Assembly: GCA_045546315.1 (NCBI GenBank)
Contig: JAZQCN010000036.1
Span: 108,329-172,328, forward strand
Source: Clostridia bacterium
Lineage (GTDB): Bacteria > Bacillota > Clostridia > UBA1381 > UMGS1253
DNA: 64,000 nt
Direction of reading: 5' to 3'
This document shows, piece by piece, positions 9,931 to 18,676 of the stretch (within the stretch, counting starts at the first letter, position 1; the number at the start of each line of letters is the position of its first letter). The position numbers and the translations under genes were made by a program. The notes under the pieces are model-generated. The model searched no databases, was not told the DNA's origin, and saw nothing but the letters and a program-made list of their open reading frames with translations.

Positions 9931-11460
9931 ATGCTTCGCCAAAGCATCACCTGGCAGCTTTTGCTGTACCTGAAAAGCATATGGATGCAATACGAAGACT
10001 CCGTTTTCTATCGCCGGATTATGGCACTCGCGGCACGCATTCGCTCCGTATTTTCGGAAAGCGCGCTGTATCACTGTGTTACGCAACCCTCCGCATTAGA
10101 GCAAAAGTATAAAACCTCCCTGTTTTATGCTGTGCTTAGTGCAATATACAGGGGCTTTGTCTTTTGCATCACTACCGTCCGCGATTGGATCGGCGCGCTG
10201 TCGGCGGGCAGTACGCTGCAGCGTATTTTACACAAAACGCGCATCGCCGGCGTATTTAAAATCGAATATCTGAGCGCAGGGTTCTTTGCGCTTATGCTGC
10301 TGACGCCGCATACGCTCTGGAATAACCTGTATGCGCTTGCAGGCGCAGTTTTTCTGCTGGTTGTGTACCTCTTACAGCTGAAAACCTCAGCGCAACCGAT
10401 GCGCAATGTGCGCGGTTTGCCGCTCTCACTGCTCATATTTGTGCTTGCCATCGCCTTCGGCGTAGTGATTACGCCGGTACCGGCAGACGGCGTGCGCATT
10501 GCAATGTTTTATATAACAGCGATTCTGTTTATGCTGATTTGCGCAGCAGGCATCCGCGATAAAAAGGCTCTTTATGCGTTTTTACATCTGCTGCTCGGCG
10601 GCTTGGGTATACTTTGTGTGTTCGGCATCGTGCAGCGCTTTATCGGCGTTGAGGTCAGCGAAGAATTTACCGACCTTGCCAACAATGTCGGTATGCCGGG
10701 CAGAATTTTCGCGACGCTTTCAAACCCGAACAACTATGCAGAGGTCATCGTGATGCTTACGCCGTTTGTCGGCGCAATGCTGCTCAAAACAAAATCCGGG
10801 CGCGCAAAGGTGCTCTGGTCGATTCTTTTGCTGTTGTGCGTCGTTGCATTAGCAATGACCTACTCCCGCTCCTGCTGGGTTTCCTTCGCTATTGCAGTCG
10901 TTGTATTCTTTGCACTCTACGATTGGCGACTTTTATTGCCGCTGTGCCTTGTGGCTGTGTTGTGTCTGCCGCTTTTGCCGGCATCGGTTATGAATCGCAT
11001 CTTAACCATCGGTTCCATGACGGACACCTCCAACGCCAGCCGCGTATTCATTTGGTACGGCGTTGCAGATATGCTGCGCGACCACGGCTTAACCGGCATC
11101 GGTCTCGGCTCGCAGGTGTTTACAAAAATGCACGAGCTTTATGCCCATCCGCACGCCCCCGTTGTTCAGCATTCGCATATGCTGTATTTAGAGCTGTTTA
11201 CGGAAATGGGCATCCTCGGCGGCTGCAGCTTTTTAGCCTTCCTTTTGACTACAATTAAGAAGGGACTTGCAAGCTTTAACCGCACAGACTATGAACTGCG
11301 CAGTCTCATTATTGCGGGCATCGCCTCGCTTGCCGGCATCTGCTTTGCCGGTGCCGCGGAGTACATTTGGTTCTACCCGCGTGTGATGTTCGTATTCTGG
11401 ATTGTCATGGGCATCTTGCTGTGTGCAATCCGTCTTTCCAAGCAGGAAAAGGGCAACTAA
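9931..11460 (+). CDS. O-antigen ligase/polymerase (Wzy_C) family membrane protein
   Basis: ORF 9925-11460. ATG 9931 sits 9 nt after AAGGAGG. Polytopic; Wzy_C-like region ..ALAMTYSRSCWVSFAIAVVVF... Confidence 0.65.
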   Translation: MLRQSITWQLLLYLKSIWMQYEDSVFYRRIMALAARIRSVFSESALYHCVTQPSALEQKYKTSLFYAVLSAIYRGFVFCITTVRDWIGALSAGSTLQRILHKTRIAGVFKIEYLSAGFFALMLLTPHTLWNNLYALAGAVFLLVVYLLQLKTSAQPMRNVRGLPLSLLIFVLAIAFGVVITPVPADGVRIAMFYITAILFMLICAAGIRDKKALYAFLHLLLGGLGILCVFGIVQRFIGVEVSEEFTDLANNVGMPGRIFATLSNPNNYAEVIVMLTPFVGAMLLKTKSGRAKVLWSILLLLCVVALAMTYSRSCWVSFAIAVVVFFALYDWRLLLPLCLVAVLCLPLLPASVMNRILTIGSMTDTSNASRVFIWYGVADMLRDHGLTGIGLGSQVFTKMHELYAHPHAPVVQHSHMLYLELFTEMGILGGCSFLAFLLTTIKKGLASFNRTDYELRSLIIAGIASLAGICFAGAAEYIWFYPRVMFVFWIVMGILLCAIRLSKQEKGN

Positions 11461-11481
11461 ACTTCCGGAGGCAATTTTTCT

Positions 11482-13710
11482 ATGAAAATACTACATTTAA
11501 TCAGTGGTGGCGACAGCGGCGGTGCCAAAACACATTTAAAAAACCTGGTATACAAACTCTCCGAATATGCAACAATTACGGTTGCTTGTCTTATGGAGGG
11601 TGAATTCTATACCGATTTTGTGCAAAACTATAAAGACACCGTGCTTTTCAAGCAAAAAAACCGTATGGATTTATCCGTCGTAAACGCGATTGTCAAAAAA
11701 CTGAAAAACGAGAAGTATGACCTTTTGCATGTACACGGTGCAAGAGCGAATTTTGTCTCCGTATTTATCAAGAAAAAGATTGACATCCCGATTGTCACCA
11801 CGATGCACAGTGACTATCTTTTAGACTTCGACGATTTTTTCAAAAAGCTTTTATTTACAAATATGAACCGTTTTGCACTGCGCAGAATCGACTATTTCAT
11901 CGCCGTATCCGATGCCTTTTCCGTGATGCTGCGCGAAAGAAACTTCCGCCCGAACAGCATCCAGACCGTCTATAACGGTATGAATTTTTCCGCCGTGCCG
12001 CAAACGGTAACCGACAAGGAAACCTTTGCAAAAAACCACGGCATAAACTACGACAAGGATTGCATTTATGTCGGTATCCTGGCGCGTTTGGATTTGGTTA
12101 AGGATGTAGCGACCTTCGTGCGCTGCGCTGCAGAAGCATGCAAGCAAAACAAACGCCTGCGCTTCTTAATCGGCGGCGACGGTGCCGAGCGCAAAAACTT
12201 AGAAGCACTCGCACGCCAGCTCGGCGTCGGCGAAGGGCTTAAGTTTTTAGGCTTTGTCTCCGATAACTACGGCTTTTTGAATTTTGTAGATATCAATACA
12301 TTGACCTCCCTGTGCGAAAGCTTTCCATACTCTATGCTGGAGGGCGCGGCAATGCACCTGCCGATGGTCGCATCGCGCGTCGGCGGTATTCCCGCACTCG
12401 TGCGCGACGGTGAAACCGGCTATTTATTCGATGTCGGCAATGCCAGGGAAATGGCAAAGCACATTCTCACCTTGGCAGACAATCCTGAAATGATGCATCA
12501 AATGGGTGAAAATATTTACACACTTGCAACCACACAGTTTTCCGACGATGCTTTTGCAAAAAGGCATATGGAAATGTATAAAAATATTTTAGAGGATTAT
12601 AATAGTCCAAAGCGCTACGATGTCGTGCTTTCCGGCTACTATGGCTTCCACAACAGCGGCGACGATGCGCTGCTGCTCGCCATACTGGACGGTCTTAAGA
12701 AAAAAAAGCCAAATTTGCGCGCAGCCGTTTTGTCCGCAGCACCGCGCAATACACGCCTGCAATACGGCGTAGATGCCATCAGCCGCGAGAATTTGTTTTC
12801 GCTTTGCCGGATACTGAAGGATTCCTCTATGCTCATCAGCGGCGGCGGCTCACTGATTCAGGACGAAACCAGTCCGCAGTCACTTTGGTACTATCTCGCC
12901 GTTATCCGTTTAGCCAAGCGCTTCGGACTCAAAATCATTCAGCTGGCTAACGGCTTCGGCCCGGTCAAATACAAATTCGATAAAAACCTGTGCCAAAAAA
13001 TTATCCCGCGCTGCGTGGATGCCATCACCCTGCGCGACAGCCACTCCGCAGTTGAATTGGAGCGTCTCGGCATCACCGGTATTCCATGTACCATTACGGC
13101 AGACCCCGCATTGACGCTTATCCCGGCAGACAATCGCCGGGCAAGGGCAATTTTAGAGGCAGCAGGCGTAGCCGAAGGGGAGCGCTTTATTGCCGTCTCC
13201 ATTCGCAGTACAAAAACTGCAAAGCCGGATTTCCGGGCACAGCTAGCAGCTGCGCTTGACCAGATTGCAAAAACGCACAAACGCAGCATCGTATTTTTGC
13301 CGATGCAATATCCGCGCGACTTAGAGATTTCGCGCGATATCGCCAAGCGTATGGGCGCAGCCAGCCATATCATCTCCACACCATCCGAGGTGCAGGAGAC
13401 AATGCAGATTTTAGCACACGCGGATTTGGTGATTGCAATGCGACTGCATACTTTGATTTATGCCGCCGCAATCGGCAAAGATGCCGTTGCAATCGACTAT
13501 GACCCAAAAATCAGAGGCTTTATGCACGATGCAGGTATGACGCATCGTATCACATTAACTGACTTTACGGCACAGGCATTAGTCGATGCAGCGAATGACT
13601 GCGTAACACACGCGCACACCATCGACAATGAAGCACTGCGCGTGCGTGCTGAAAAGAACGCCGATATTGCATTAGCACTCTTAGAGGAGGCAAACCATGC
13701 CAATTTATAA
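11482..13710 (+). CDS. csaB: fusion protein: N-terminal GT4 glycosyltransferase plus C-terminal polysaccharide pyruvyl transferase (CsaB-like)
   Basis: 742 aa. N-half: MKILHLISGGDSGGAKTHL ... ESFPYSMLEGAAMHLPMVASRVGGIPALV (GT4). C-half: YDVVLSGYYGFHNSGDDALLLAIL ... ISGGGSLIQDETS (CsaB/pyruvyl-transferase hallmark). Confidence 0.7.
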   Translation: MKILHLISGGDSGGAKTHLKNLVYKLSEYATITVACLMEGEFYTDFVQNYKDTVLFKQKNRMDLSVVNAIVKKLKNEKYDLLHVHGARANFVSVFIKKKIDIPIVTTMHSDYLLDFDDFFKKLLFTNMNRFALRRIDYFIAVSDAFSVMLRERNFRPNSIQTVYNGMNFSAVPQTVTDKETFAKNHGINYDKDCIYVGILARLDLVKDVATFVRCAAEACKQNKRLRFLIGGDGAERKNLEALARQLGVGEGLKFLGFVSDNYGFLNFVDINTLTSLCESFPYSMLEGAAMHLPMVASRVGGIPALVRDGETGYLFDVGNAREMAKHILTLADNPEMMHQMGENIYTLATTQFSDDAFAKRHMEMYKNILEDYNSPKRYDVVLSGYYGFHNSGDDALLLAILDGLKKKKPNLRAAVLSAAPRNTRLQYGVDAISRENLFSLCRILKDSSMLISGGGSLIQDETSPQSLWYYLAVIRLAKRFGLKIIQLANGFGPVKYKFDKNLCQKIIPRCVDAITLRDSHSAVELERLGITGIPCTITADPALTLIPADNRRARAILEAAGVAEGERFIAVSIRSTKTAKPDFRAQLAAALDQIAKTHKRSIVFLPMQYPRDLEISRDIAKRMGAASHIISTPSEVQETMQILAHADLVIAMRLHTLIYAAAIGKDAVAIDYDPKIRGFMHDAGMTHRITLTDFTAQALVDAANDCVTHAHTIDNEALRVRAEKNADIALALLEEANHANL

Positions 13711-14614
13711 TAACATTACTGAGCTTGTCGGGCATACACCGCTTGTGGCACTTGCGCACTTTGCGCCGGACAAGCATATTCTTGCAAAGGTCGAGTTTTT
13801 CAACCCTGCCGGCTCTGTAAAGGACAGAGCCGCACTGTATATGCTCCGTGCCGCGGAGGAAAGCGGTCTGCTAAAGCCGGACAGCGTTATCATTGAGCCG
13901 ACCAGCGGCAATACCGGCATCGGTATCGCCGCAATTGCTGCCTACAAGGGCTACAAGGTCATCTTAACCATGCCGGAAACGATGAGCGCAGAGCGCAGAA
14001 AGCTGCTTGCCGCTTACGGCGCAGAAATTGTGCTCACCGAAGGCAGCAAGGGTATGAACGGCGCTGTCGAAAAGGCAAACGAGCTTGCAAAACAATATAA
14101 AAACAGCTTCATTGCCGGGCAGTTTGATAACCCTGCCAACGCGCAGGCACATTACGAAACCACCGGCCCGGAAATCTGGGCGGATACCGAGGGCAAGGTC
14201 GACATTTTCGTTGCCGGCGTCGGCACGGGCGGTACGCTCACAGGCATCGGCAAATATTTAAAAGAAAAGAATCCGGACATACAAATCATAGCCGTAGAGC
14301 CCTATGACTCGCCGCTTCTTTCCGAAGGGCGCGCGGGCGCACACGGACTGCAAGGCATCGGCGCGAACTTTGTGCCGTCCTTGCTCGATTGTGCTGTTTA
14401 CGATAAAATCATAACCGTTAAAACCGAGGAGGCCTTCCAAGCTGCAAGAGACTTGGTGCAAACGGAAGGCTTGCTTGTCGGCATTTCCTCCGGCGCTGCG
14501 CTGCACGCCGCAAAGCTGCTTGCCGACCGACCGGAAAATAAGAACAAGACCATTGTTGCACTTTTGCCGGATACGGGCGAACGGTATTTATCTACAGATT
14601 TATTTAAAGCATAA
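13697..14614 (+). CDS. cysK: cysteine synthase A (O-acetylserine sulfhydrylase)
   Basis: 305 aa. PLP-lysine motif FFNPAGSVKDRAALYML. GGAGG RBS. The start overlaps the csaB-fusion stop by 14 nt. Confidence 0.9.
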   Translation: MPIYNNITELVGHTPLVALAHFAPDKHILAKVEFFNPAGSVKDRAALYMLRAAEESGLLKPDSVIIEPTSGNTGIGIAAIAAYKGYKVILTMPETMSAERRKLLAAYGAEIVLTEGSKGMNGAVEKANELAKQYKNSFIAGQFDNPANAQAHYETTGPEIWADTEGKVDIFVAGVGTGGTLTGIGKYLKEKNPDIQIIAVEPYDSPLLSEGRAGAHGLQGIGANFVPSLLDCAVYDKIITVKTEEAFQAARDLVQTEGLLVGISSGAALHAAKLLADRPENKNKTIVALLPDTGERYLSTDLFKA

Positions 14615-14650
14615 AAAAATCACAACGCAAAAACGTTGGGATTTTTTTAT
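14613..14650. terminator. weak bidirectional terminator between convergent cysK and pgcA
   Basis: A-run, then short stem CAACG/CGTTG, then T-run (aaaaaaatcacaacgcaaaaacgttgggattttttt). Confidence 0.4.
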
Positions 14651-14652
14651 CA

Positions 14653-16386
14653 TCAGATATTTAAATAGCTTCTGACCGCACCCTCCAAAAAGGCAATCTG
14701 GCTTTCGGCCGCTTTTTTGGACTCTGCCGCTGTGCAGAAATACAGCTTAATCTTCGGCTCTGTGCCGGACGGACGGATTGCAATAAAGGTCTTGCCGTCT
14801 GCCAGGCGGAAACGCAATACATTGCTTGCGGCAAAATCGCCGATTTTAGTTGTCGTTCCGTCTGCCAGGTACTTGGTGTTGATGCTGTAGTCTTCCTTTT
14901 CTGCAATTGCAATGCCACCGAACTCGCTCGGCATATTGTCGCGGATGCCCTGCATCGTGTCTGCAATCTGCTGCATACCGTCTTTGCCGTACATATATAC
15001 AGATACCGTAGACTCTGCAAAGAAACCGTACTTACCGTAAAGCTCCATCAAGCCGTCATAGAGTGTCATGCCCTTGGTCTGATAATCAGCTGCCATTTCG
15101 GCAATCAGCATTGCCGCGCCGACAGCATCCTTATCGCGCGCATAGGTGCCCGGCAAATAGCCGTAGCTTTCTTCAAAGCCGAATTCATAAGTATGCGCAC
15201 CTGTAACCTCATAGTCCGCAATTTTTTCTGCAATATACTTAAAGCCGGTGAATACATCAATTACATTTACGCCGTAATCCTTTGCAATTTCGCGGCTCGC
15301 ATCCGAGGTAACAATTGTTTTAATAATCACGGACTTATCCGTCAGCACGCCCTTCTTTTTCTTTGCCTCTAAAATATAGCGACACAAAAGCGCGCCCGTC
15401 TGGTTGCCGGTCAAAACCTGATACTCACCCTCGCTGTCGCGCACAACCACGCCAACGCGGTCAGCATCCGGGTCTGTGCCGATAATGAGCGATGCACCGT
15501 TTTCCTTTGCAAGGGCAATCGCCTGTGTAAAGCCTTCCTTGTCCTCCGGATTCGGGGATTTCACCGTCGAAAATGCTGGGTCCGGCTTTGCCTGATTCGG
15601 CTCAACAATCACATTCTTAATGCCGATTTTGTCGAAAATCGCAGTAACCGGACGAAGACCTGTGCCGTGAAACGGTGTATAAACCACTTTAAAATCATCA
15701 CCCAAGGTCTTAAATACCTCCGGGTTAATGCTCTGCGCATAAACTGCATCTAAAAATGCCGCATCGACCTCTGCGCCGATCTTTTCCAAAAGCGGACTTT
15801 TCTCAAATTCCGCATCGGAAATCACCTTTACATCTTCAAAAATATCACAGCTGTTGACAACCTCCACGATTACATCGCTTGCCTCCGGCGGGAACTGCGC
15901 ACCATCACTGCCATATGCCTTAAAGCCGTTGTACTCCTTCGGATTGTGGCTCGCCGTAATCATAACGCCGGCAGCCGCCTTGTAGTAGCGAATGCCGAAC
16001 GATACCTCCGGTGTCGCGTGAATCTGCTCAAACAGATACGCCTTGATACCGTTGGCAATCAATACTTTTGCTGTTTCCTTCGCAAAGGCATCGGAGAAAT
16101 AGCGCGTATCATAGCCGATCACAACGCCGTCTGTCGCCTTGCCGGAATCAAGCACATATTTGGCAAGTCCCTGTGCCGCACGGCGCACGGTGTAGATGTT
16201 CATGCGGTTTGTACCCGCACCCAAAAGCCCGCGCATACCGCCCGTACCGAACTCCAGATCGCGGTAAAAGCGCTCCTCGATTTCCTTTGCATCGCCGGAA
16301 AGCTTTTCAAGCTCTGCCTTTGTTTCGGCATCCAGCTTATCACTTGCAAGCCAGTAGCTGTATAATTCTTCTGCTGTTTTTCTCAT
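14653..16386 (-). CDS. pgcA: alpha-phosphoglucomutase / phospho-sugar mutase
   Basis: 577 aa. Active-site TASHNPKEYNGFKAY. N-terminus FYRDLEFGTGGMRGLLGAGTNRMNIYTVRRA closely resembles B. subtilis PgcA. Confidence 0.85.
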   Translation of the reverse strand: MRKTAEELYSYWLASDKLDAETKAELEKLSGDAKEIEERFYRDLEFGTGGMRGLLGAGTNRMNIYTVRRAAQGLAKYVLDSGKATDGVVIGYDTRYFSDAFAKETAKVLIANGIKAYLFEQIHATPEVSFGIRYYKAAAGVMITASHNPKEYNGFKAYGSDGAQFPPEASDVIVEVVNSCDIFEDVKVISDAEFEKSPLLEKIGAEVDAAFLDAVYAQSINPEVFKTLGDDFKVVYTPFHGTGLRPVTAIFDKIGIKNVIVEPNQAKPDPAFSTVKSPNPEDKEGFTQAIALAKENGASLIIGTDPDADRVGVVVRDSEGEYQVLTGNQTGALLCRYILEAKKKKGVLTDKSVIIKTIVTSDASREIAKDYGVNVIDVFTGFKYIAEKIADYEVTGAHTYEFGFEESYGYLPGTYARDKDAVGAAMLIAEMAADYQTKGMTLYDGLMELYGKYGFFAESTVSVYMYGKDGMQQIADTMQGIRDNMPSEFGGIAIAEKEDYSINTKYLADGTTTKIGDFAASNVLRFRLADGKTFIAIRPSGTEPKIKLYFCTAAESKKAAESQIAFLEGAVRSYLNI

Positions 16387-16466
16387 GCTGTTCTTCCTTT
16401 CTGTATGTATCTAATAATTCAAATTCAACGTACTGCCCCGGTAATCCTCTTTTTTATCTATGTCAC

Positions 16467-16492
16467 GGACCGTCGGGGACGCCGGTCCCTAC
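16467..16492. repeat. GTAGGG-anchored hairpin repeat (family member)
   Basis: GGACCGtcggggacgcCGGTCCCTAC: a stem-loop followed immediately by CCCTAC, the same design as copies at 32736-32759 and 36464-36631. Confidence 0.5.
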
Positions 16493-16511
16493 ATAGCATA
16501 TGCAAATGTGT

Positions 16512-16770
16512 CAAGACGACAACTACGCAATGCGCCAAAATTACCCATATGCGTTTTGAAAGCGGGAATTTGGATGCAGTGCAAGGCAAAGTTGACGACA
16601 CAGTACTCTGTGTACGGGTCGGCAACTTTAACGACGCAATGCGCCAAATTCACCCTGCTTCCTTTTGAAAGAGGGAATTTGGATGCAGTGCGAGGCGTAA
16701 CCGAGGGCACAGTACGCATGTACGGGTCCGAGGTACAACGAAGCAATGCGCCAAATTCACCTTTCAAAAA
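16512..16770. repeat. tandem repeat, about 109-bp unit, about 2.3 copies, each unit containing an internal inverted repeat
   Basis: ACGCAATGCGCC occurs at 16525 and 16634, with aAGCAATGCGCC at 16741. GGGAATTTGGATGCAGTGC occurs at 16564 and 16673. CACAGTAC..TGTACGGGTC occurs at 16599 and 16708. Within a unit, CCAAATTCACCC pairs with GGGAATTTGG. Confidence 0.8.
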
Positions 16771-17004
16771 TAACAAAAGGCAAAAACTATTTATAATATA
16801 TATGCTCAAATACATTATACCAGATTTTGCATCCGGTGGCAACATTATTTTAGGGGGGAATGTTTTAAGGGGGGAAATGTATTTTCGCACTTATAAACAG
16901 CCTTTGCCGGGAAATATGCAATTGTAGGTTTTCTGTGATTTAATTGTACTACTGAACCTTTAAAATGGCAATTAACAAAGTGTGAACATTCTGTTAATTT
17001 TGAT

Positions 17005-17718
17005 TTATGCACTCAGGAGTGCGCGCAGCTTTAAAAGCAGCTTTTTTTCCAGGCGTGATACCTGTACCTGGCTGATGCCGAGCTCGGCGGCAGTTTGGGA
17101 TTGCGTTTGGTTTTGATAATAGCGCAGCGTTATTAAGCGCTTTTCACGCTCGGGCAGAGCCAAAACAAGCTCGTTTAAGGCAAGCCGGTCCAAAAGGTGC
17201 TCCTCTGTATCCGGCGCGGCAAGCGTGTCCATCAAGGCAAAGCCGCTTTCTGCATCCTCCGCTTGCAGATACTGCATCGGGCGCAGCGCCTCCATCGCCA
17301 AAACGACCTCCTCCGGCTGCAGACCAAGCTTTAAAGCGACCTCGGAAACGGTGGGTGCTTCGCCGGTCAGTTTGGTTTGCTGTTCTGTAAAGCGGCGTAC
17401 ATTAAGCGCATTGGTTTTGATGCTTCTGCTGATGCGCAGCGCACCGTCATCGCGCAAATGCCGTTTAATTTCGCCCAAAATCACCGGCACGGCATAGGTC
17501 GAGAGTTTAACCCCGAAGCGAAAATCAAAGCGCTCCACCGCTTTTACAAGCCCGACACAGCCGATTTGAAACAAATCCTCCATATCATAGCCCATATTTG
17601 CAAAGCGTTTGACCACACTGCCGACCAAGCCGATGTTTTCTTCCACAATCCGACTGCGCTCCTCCGGCGAAAATGCACTCGTCGCGGTCGTGTCCTTCTC
17701 TGTCGTTTCCAAATACAT
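17005..17718 (-). CDS. sigF: sporulation sigma factor SigF
   Basis: 237 aa sigma-70 family protein. Region 4.2 HTH TQSQTAAELGISQVQVSRLEKK. Third gene of a spoIIAA-spoIIAB-sigF arrangement. Confidence 0.9.
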   Translation of the reverse strand: MYLETTEKDTTATSAFSPEERSRIVEENIGLVGSVVKRFANMGYDMEDLFQIGCVGLVKAVERFDFRFGVKLSTYAVPVILGEIKRHLRDDGALRISRSIKTNALNVRRFTEQQTKLTGEAPTVSEVALKLGLQPEEVVLAMEALRPMQYLQAEDAESGFALMDTLAAPDTEEHLLDRLALNELVLALPEREKRLITLRYYQNQTQSQTAAELGISQVQVSRLEKKLLLKLRALLSA

Positions 17719-17740
17719 GCACTTCGCCTCCCGCTTTACT

Positions 17741-18205
17741 TTATCCCTCTGCCGCCCGCACAGAAAACAAGCTGCCGACCTTATCCGGCAGACGCAGCTG
17801 TTTTTCCAGAATTACGGTTGTCCCTTCCATAAGCACGCTATGTACCTTCACCGAATCCATAAAGGCCTCCATAACCGTAAAGCCCATACCGGAGCGCTCC
17901 GATTCCGGCTTGCCCGTGTACAAAGGCTCCATTGCCTGCCGCACATCAGCAATACCGGCACCTGTATCTGTGACGCTGACCTTGACATAGCGCTCCTCCG
18001 TTATGCAGTGCACCTCCACTGTCCCTTCGCGCCCGTCATAGCCGTGCACAATTGCGTTGGTCACCGCTTCGGAAAGCGCAGTTTTGATATCCGAAAGCTC
18101 CTCTAAGGTCGGGTCGAGCGGCATAATAAAGGCAGCGACTGCCGTTCGGGCAAAGGCTTCGTTTGCAGAATGTGCCGCAAAGCACAGATGCATTTCATTT
18201 TTCAT
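17741..18205 (-). CDS. spoIIAB: anti-sigma F factor (serine protein kinase) SpoIIAB
   Basis: 154 aa. HATPase N-box EAVTNAIVHGY and G-box VTDTGAGI. Confidence 0.9.
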   Translation of the reverse strand: MKNEMHLCFAAHSANEAFARTAVAAFIMPLDPTLEELSDIKTALSEAVTNAIVHGYDGREGTVEVHCITEERYVKVSVTDTGAGIADVRQAMEPLYTGKPESERSGMGFTVMEAFMDSVKVHSVLMEGTTVILEKQLRLPDKVGSLFSVRAAEG

Positions 18206-18219
18206 GTTCGCCGTCCTCC

Positions 18220-18555
18220 TTACACCTTCAAAAGTGCGTCATCCACCGTTTTTGCCCAATCCACCAGCTTATAAATGCCGGAAAGACTCATCAGCCGATC
18301 CATCTGCTCCGACACGCCTGCAAGCACGATTTTCCCGTCCAGCGGGCGTACCATACGATATCTGCCCATAATTAAGCCGATGCCGGAGCTGTCCATAAAA
18401 TTCAAATCTTTAAAATCAAAGATGATGTGGTCGGCGCGTGTGCTTAAAAATGCGTCGTCGACATTTTGGCGGATGCCGGCGGCGGTGTGATGGTCAATTT
18501 CCTGATCGAGGCGCACAATCAGTGCCCGGCGCTGCCCGTTATACTCTATTTTCAT
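18220..18555 (-). CDS. spoIIAA: anti-sigma F factor antagonist SpoIIAA (STAS domain)
   Basis: ORF 18220-18651. The internal ATG at 18553-18555 (MKIEYNGQRRALIVRLDQEIDHH) is preferred, with a GGAAAGGA RBS. Phospho-serine motif FMDSSGIG. Confidence 0.85.
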   Translation of the reverse strand: MKIEYNGQRRALIVRLDQEIDHHTAAGIRQNVDDAFLSTRADHIIFDFKDLNFMDSSGIGLIMGRYRMVRPLDGKIVLAGVSEQMDRLMSLSGIYKLVDWAKTVDDALLKV

Positions 18556-18676
18556 ATTTTGCTCATCCTTTCCGTCTATATGAAGCATTGTAGCACGCAC
18601 AAAATGAAAAAAAGCGCTTATTCTGTCGTGGATCTGCTTTTCCATCGACAAAATAAGCGCTTTGCTTATTTATTGT

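Noticed and set aside
16512-16770. Possible CRISPR array
   Set aside because: The whole 109-bp unit is repeated with no unique spacers between short repeats. There are only about 2.3 copies, and no cas genes are in the window.
16405-16927. ORFs of 87-155 aa on both strands across the sigF-pgcA gap
   Set aside because: Their 'repeated peptide' pattern (e.g. GNLDAVQG.. / GNLDAVRG..) only reflects the 109-bp DNA tandem repeat. There is no RBS and the frames overlap on both strands. Treated as non-coding repeat DNA.
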